Source: Geosiphon pyriformis uo1 | Taxonomy: Eukaryota; Fungi; Glomeromycota | Direction: 5' to 3' | Assembly (NCBI GenBank): GCA_016748015.1 | Contig: JAAOMT010000649.1 | Span: 37,154 to 62,904 of the forward strand | DNA: 25,751 nucleotides | Made by a program: the position numbers and the translations under genes | In this document: positions 23,266-25,751 of the stretch, piece by piece | Layout: the number at the start of each line of letters is the position of its first letter | Position numbering within the stretch: the stretch's first letter is position 1 | Notes under the pieces: generated by a model | Told to the model about the DNA's origin: nothing | Databases searched by the model: none | Seen by the model: the letters and a program-made list of their open reading frames with translations, nothing else

Positions 23266-25751
23266 CTTAAATAGTTCTGAAAATTTGGGTTTGGAGTATA
23301 TTTATTTCATGAATTTTATTTGTGTAATCTTAATAATAGGTGTTACTGAAGGTTTGTGGTTTTTTTTTTGTATGTTTTTAATGCCTGTTGACTGTGAATT
23401 CATGTTTTCTGGAAGTATTTAGATCTTTGATAACTGAATTTAGCTTTAAATTATCTTCTATAATTTAAACTGCTGGGCTTATAAGTAGAATGGCCAATTC
23501 TATGCCAGTTATTTTATGTAGTTACATTGTAATAAACATCAACTTTTTTTTAGAAATTGCTCATTTGGAAGCTTACTAAAAATGTTTAGTTACTTTGCTG
23601 TAAAAGTTAACTTTTTTACAAGAATCTTATTTGTAGACTACTCTAAAGATTATGATAAAAAAAGTAAAAGAAAATAAAAAAAATATAAAAAAAATAAAAT
23701 GTTGCCAAAGGAAACATTTTCTATTCAGGTCTAAAGTTACTAACAAATTATTGAAATTAGTAGTTAATTAATTTCAAAATATTAGTTGGGTTTTGTGAAT
23801 ATCAAGTATAATAATTAAGAATTTGGTTTTTGAATATTTAATTTTTATTTAATTTTGTAAGGATGTATAAAAAATAATTTGTTCTAATTAAAATATTTAA
23901 AGTAAGATACATTTTCTTGAAGAGAAAAGCTCTTATTTTATACAACTTGCTGTAGTACTAGTTTTTGAATTTGCATTTTTCTTTTTGCTATAATTTCGGC
24001 AAATTAAAGATATATTTTAACAAACTAACAGTTATTTCTACAAACTATTAATTATTTCAGCCAATTTCTACTAATTTTGGCAAATTTTGAATATTAAATA
24101 GTTCAGAGTATTGTGTAATTTAATTATCTTAATTTTTATAGTATAAATTGAATTATTAATTGAATAATAATATTTAATGTAATAATTAAAATAATAATAA
24201 TATGTACTAATTAATGTTAAAAATTAGAAGAGTAATTTTATGCTAATTAATTGGTTATTTAATTTTGTTCTACAATCTATTTTTAAGTGTTTTTGTTTAT
24301 TATAGTAATAATAGATATATGTTTCTTGTTGTCATAATTAATTTAATAATGATAGATGTAATTAATTAGAACTATCATTATAGTTTTCTAGATAATTATG
24401 ATATTAAAAAAACTGATAAATTGTTTAATTATTAGTTAAGTATTTCTCAATTTTTTGGTTAATTGTTTCTTTAAATTGTTTCAATTTGGTATCTAACTTA
24501 AATAATTTGTTTATTACTAGATTTACAGTTTAAGTATAATTGGCTTTGAATTTAGCTAATTCAAAATCTTTAATGTAAGTAACTATGCTTTGAAGTGTGT
24601 TTAAATATAATGAACATATTTGTTATAATAAATTGTTGCATAATCTATAAATAAATTGATTCAAGATCTGTAATATTGTAAAATAGTTAATATTAATTGC
24701 TTGAATTTGACATAAATTTTTGTAGAAGTGTTCTAAATAAGTAATAATTGCTTTGTTATTATTTTGCTTAATTGTAGTAAAACCAGTTAATAACCAATTA
24801 ATGCTGTTGTAATTACTGAAATATTATAAAAACACGACTTAAAATGTGTTAAAAGTTTGTGGTTTGTTAACTAGACTTTAATACCACAAGTTAGTAATAT
24901 CTTGTAAAAAGTAGAGAATTATTTAAATAGCTTTAATATTATTTTATTCATTAGTTGCAATAGCTTTTATTACATCATTTAATTATGCTTAAGTGTTATT
25001 TTCTTTATTGGTAAATTTTTTAAGTTTAACAATTGATGCATATGCTATTTGTCTTAAAAATAAGTTAATTAGTGGTTAATAAAAATGACTATTAGTATAA
25101 TAAAAGAATTAATTTAGATAACTAAAGGTAAATTATTGTTGACAATAGGAGTAGAGTTTGAATTTTTTGGGTTTTGCTGAATTTAAACTTCTAGATTATT
25201 TAGAATTGGGTTTTAATAATTGTTTTTTTGATTGTTGTTTTTTTTTTCTTTTGATTCAGTTTTTGCTTAATTACTAATAAATTCAAAATTTGATTAAAGT
25301 AGCAATGTTTAGAGTTCTAATAAAATTGTTAGTTGTAATTTAAATTTTTGAATAAATTGTTATAGATTTTTAATAGTTTGGTTTTTTTTTAATTACTTTA
25401 AAATAGTATTTATGCTAATAGTATTTTTAATGTAGATATAACTGTTAATATTATTTAAATAGTGCTTTTAAGTCTATGATAATATGATGAATAGATAAGT
25501 AAAATAACTCTTGGTTTTTTTCAGATAAGCAGTTATATTTTTTTTGGTGTTTCTGTTAAGATTTATAACTTTTTTTTTCTATGTTTGCAAAAATAATAAA
25601 ATTAATGTAATAAACAGATAATTTTGTGAAAGTGTAGTGTTTTAAAGTAATTTATTATAGAAATAAATGAAAGTGGTTTCTGAATTTTTTTGGTTTTTTA
25701 AATAGAATATAATTTTTTTATTAACATAAAAGTTGAAAGCTAATTCTGCTA
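23254..25751 (-). mobile_element. Decayed Ty3/Gypsy gag relic (capsid ~24930-24420, CCHC knuckle ~24325-24270, linker to ~23254); 5' end beyond the window
   Basis: Minus strand reads LYFLQDITNLWY*SLVNKPQTFN...FTTIKQNNNKAIITYLEHFYKNL...ILNQFIYRL, a Retrotrans_gag pattern (W...; KQ...V..Y...F; FI.GL). QETYIYYYYNKQKHLKIDCR corresponds to C..CGKQGHL..DC after G>A decay. Confidence 0.88.

Noticed and set aside
1-25751. Bacterial endosymbiont, organellar or phage origin suggested by the low GC
   Set aside because: Spliceosomal introns, eukaryotic kinases and LTR retrotransposon relics indicate nuclear fungal DNA. No tRNA, rRNA or operon structure was seen.

Overview
Very AT-rich eukaryotic (fungal) genomic DNA with short GT-AG introns and two 20-nt assembly gaps. 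The gene families present (SAM-REase-kinase Crinkler-type, Sel1-repeat + TKL kinase, Ty3/Gypsy with dUTPase) point to Glomeromycotina; the gag/protease family resembles elements I recall from Geosiphon pyriformis (inference, not verified). Only the first ~3 kb holds apparently intact genes: three small minus-strand genes of unknown function in CpG-retaining islands. The rest is mostly relics eroded by massive C>T/G>A transition: a Tc1/mariner fragment (~2.06-2.35 kb), a Gypsy RT/RNase H relic (~5.9-6.5 kb), a Crinkler-like pseudogene (7.4-9.3 kb), a Sel1-kinase pseudogene (12.7-14.8 kb), a plus-strand Gypsy pol relic (protease, Cys-rich insert, dUTPase, RT, RNase H; 19.4-23.3 kb), and a converging minus-strand gag relic of the same family (23.25 kb to the end). 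The most interesting signals are (i) RIP-like but apparently context-independent hypermutation that also hits host multigene families, (ii) the unusual pol architecture, and (iii) the inverted gag/pol junction. Ancestral motifs were reconstructed by eye by reversing transitions, so relic boundaries are approximate.
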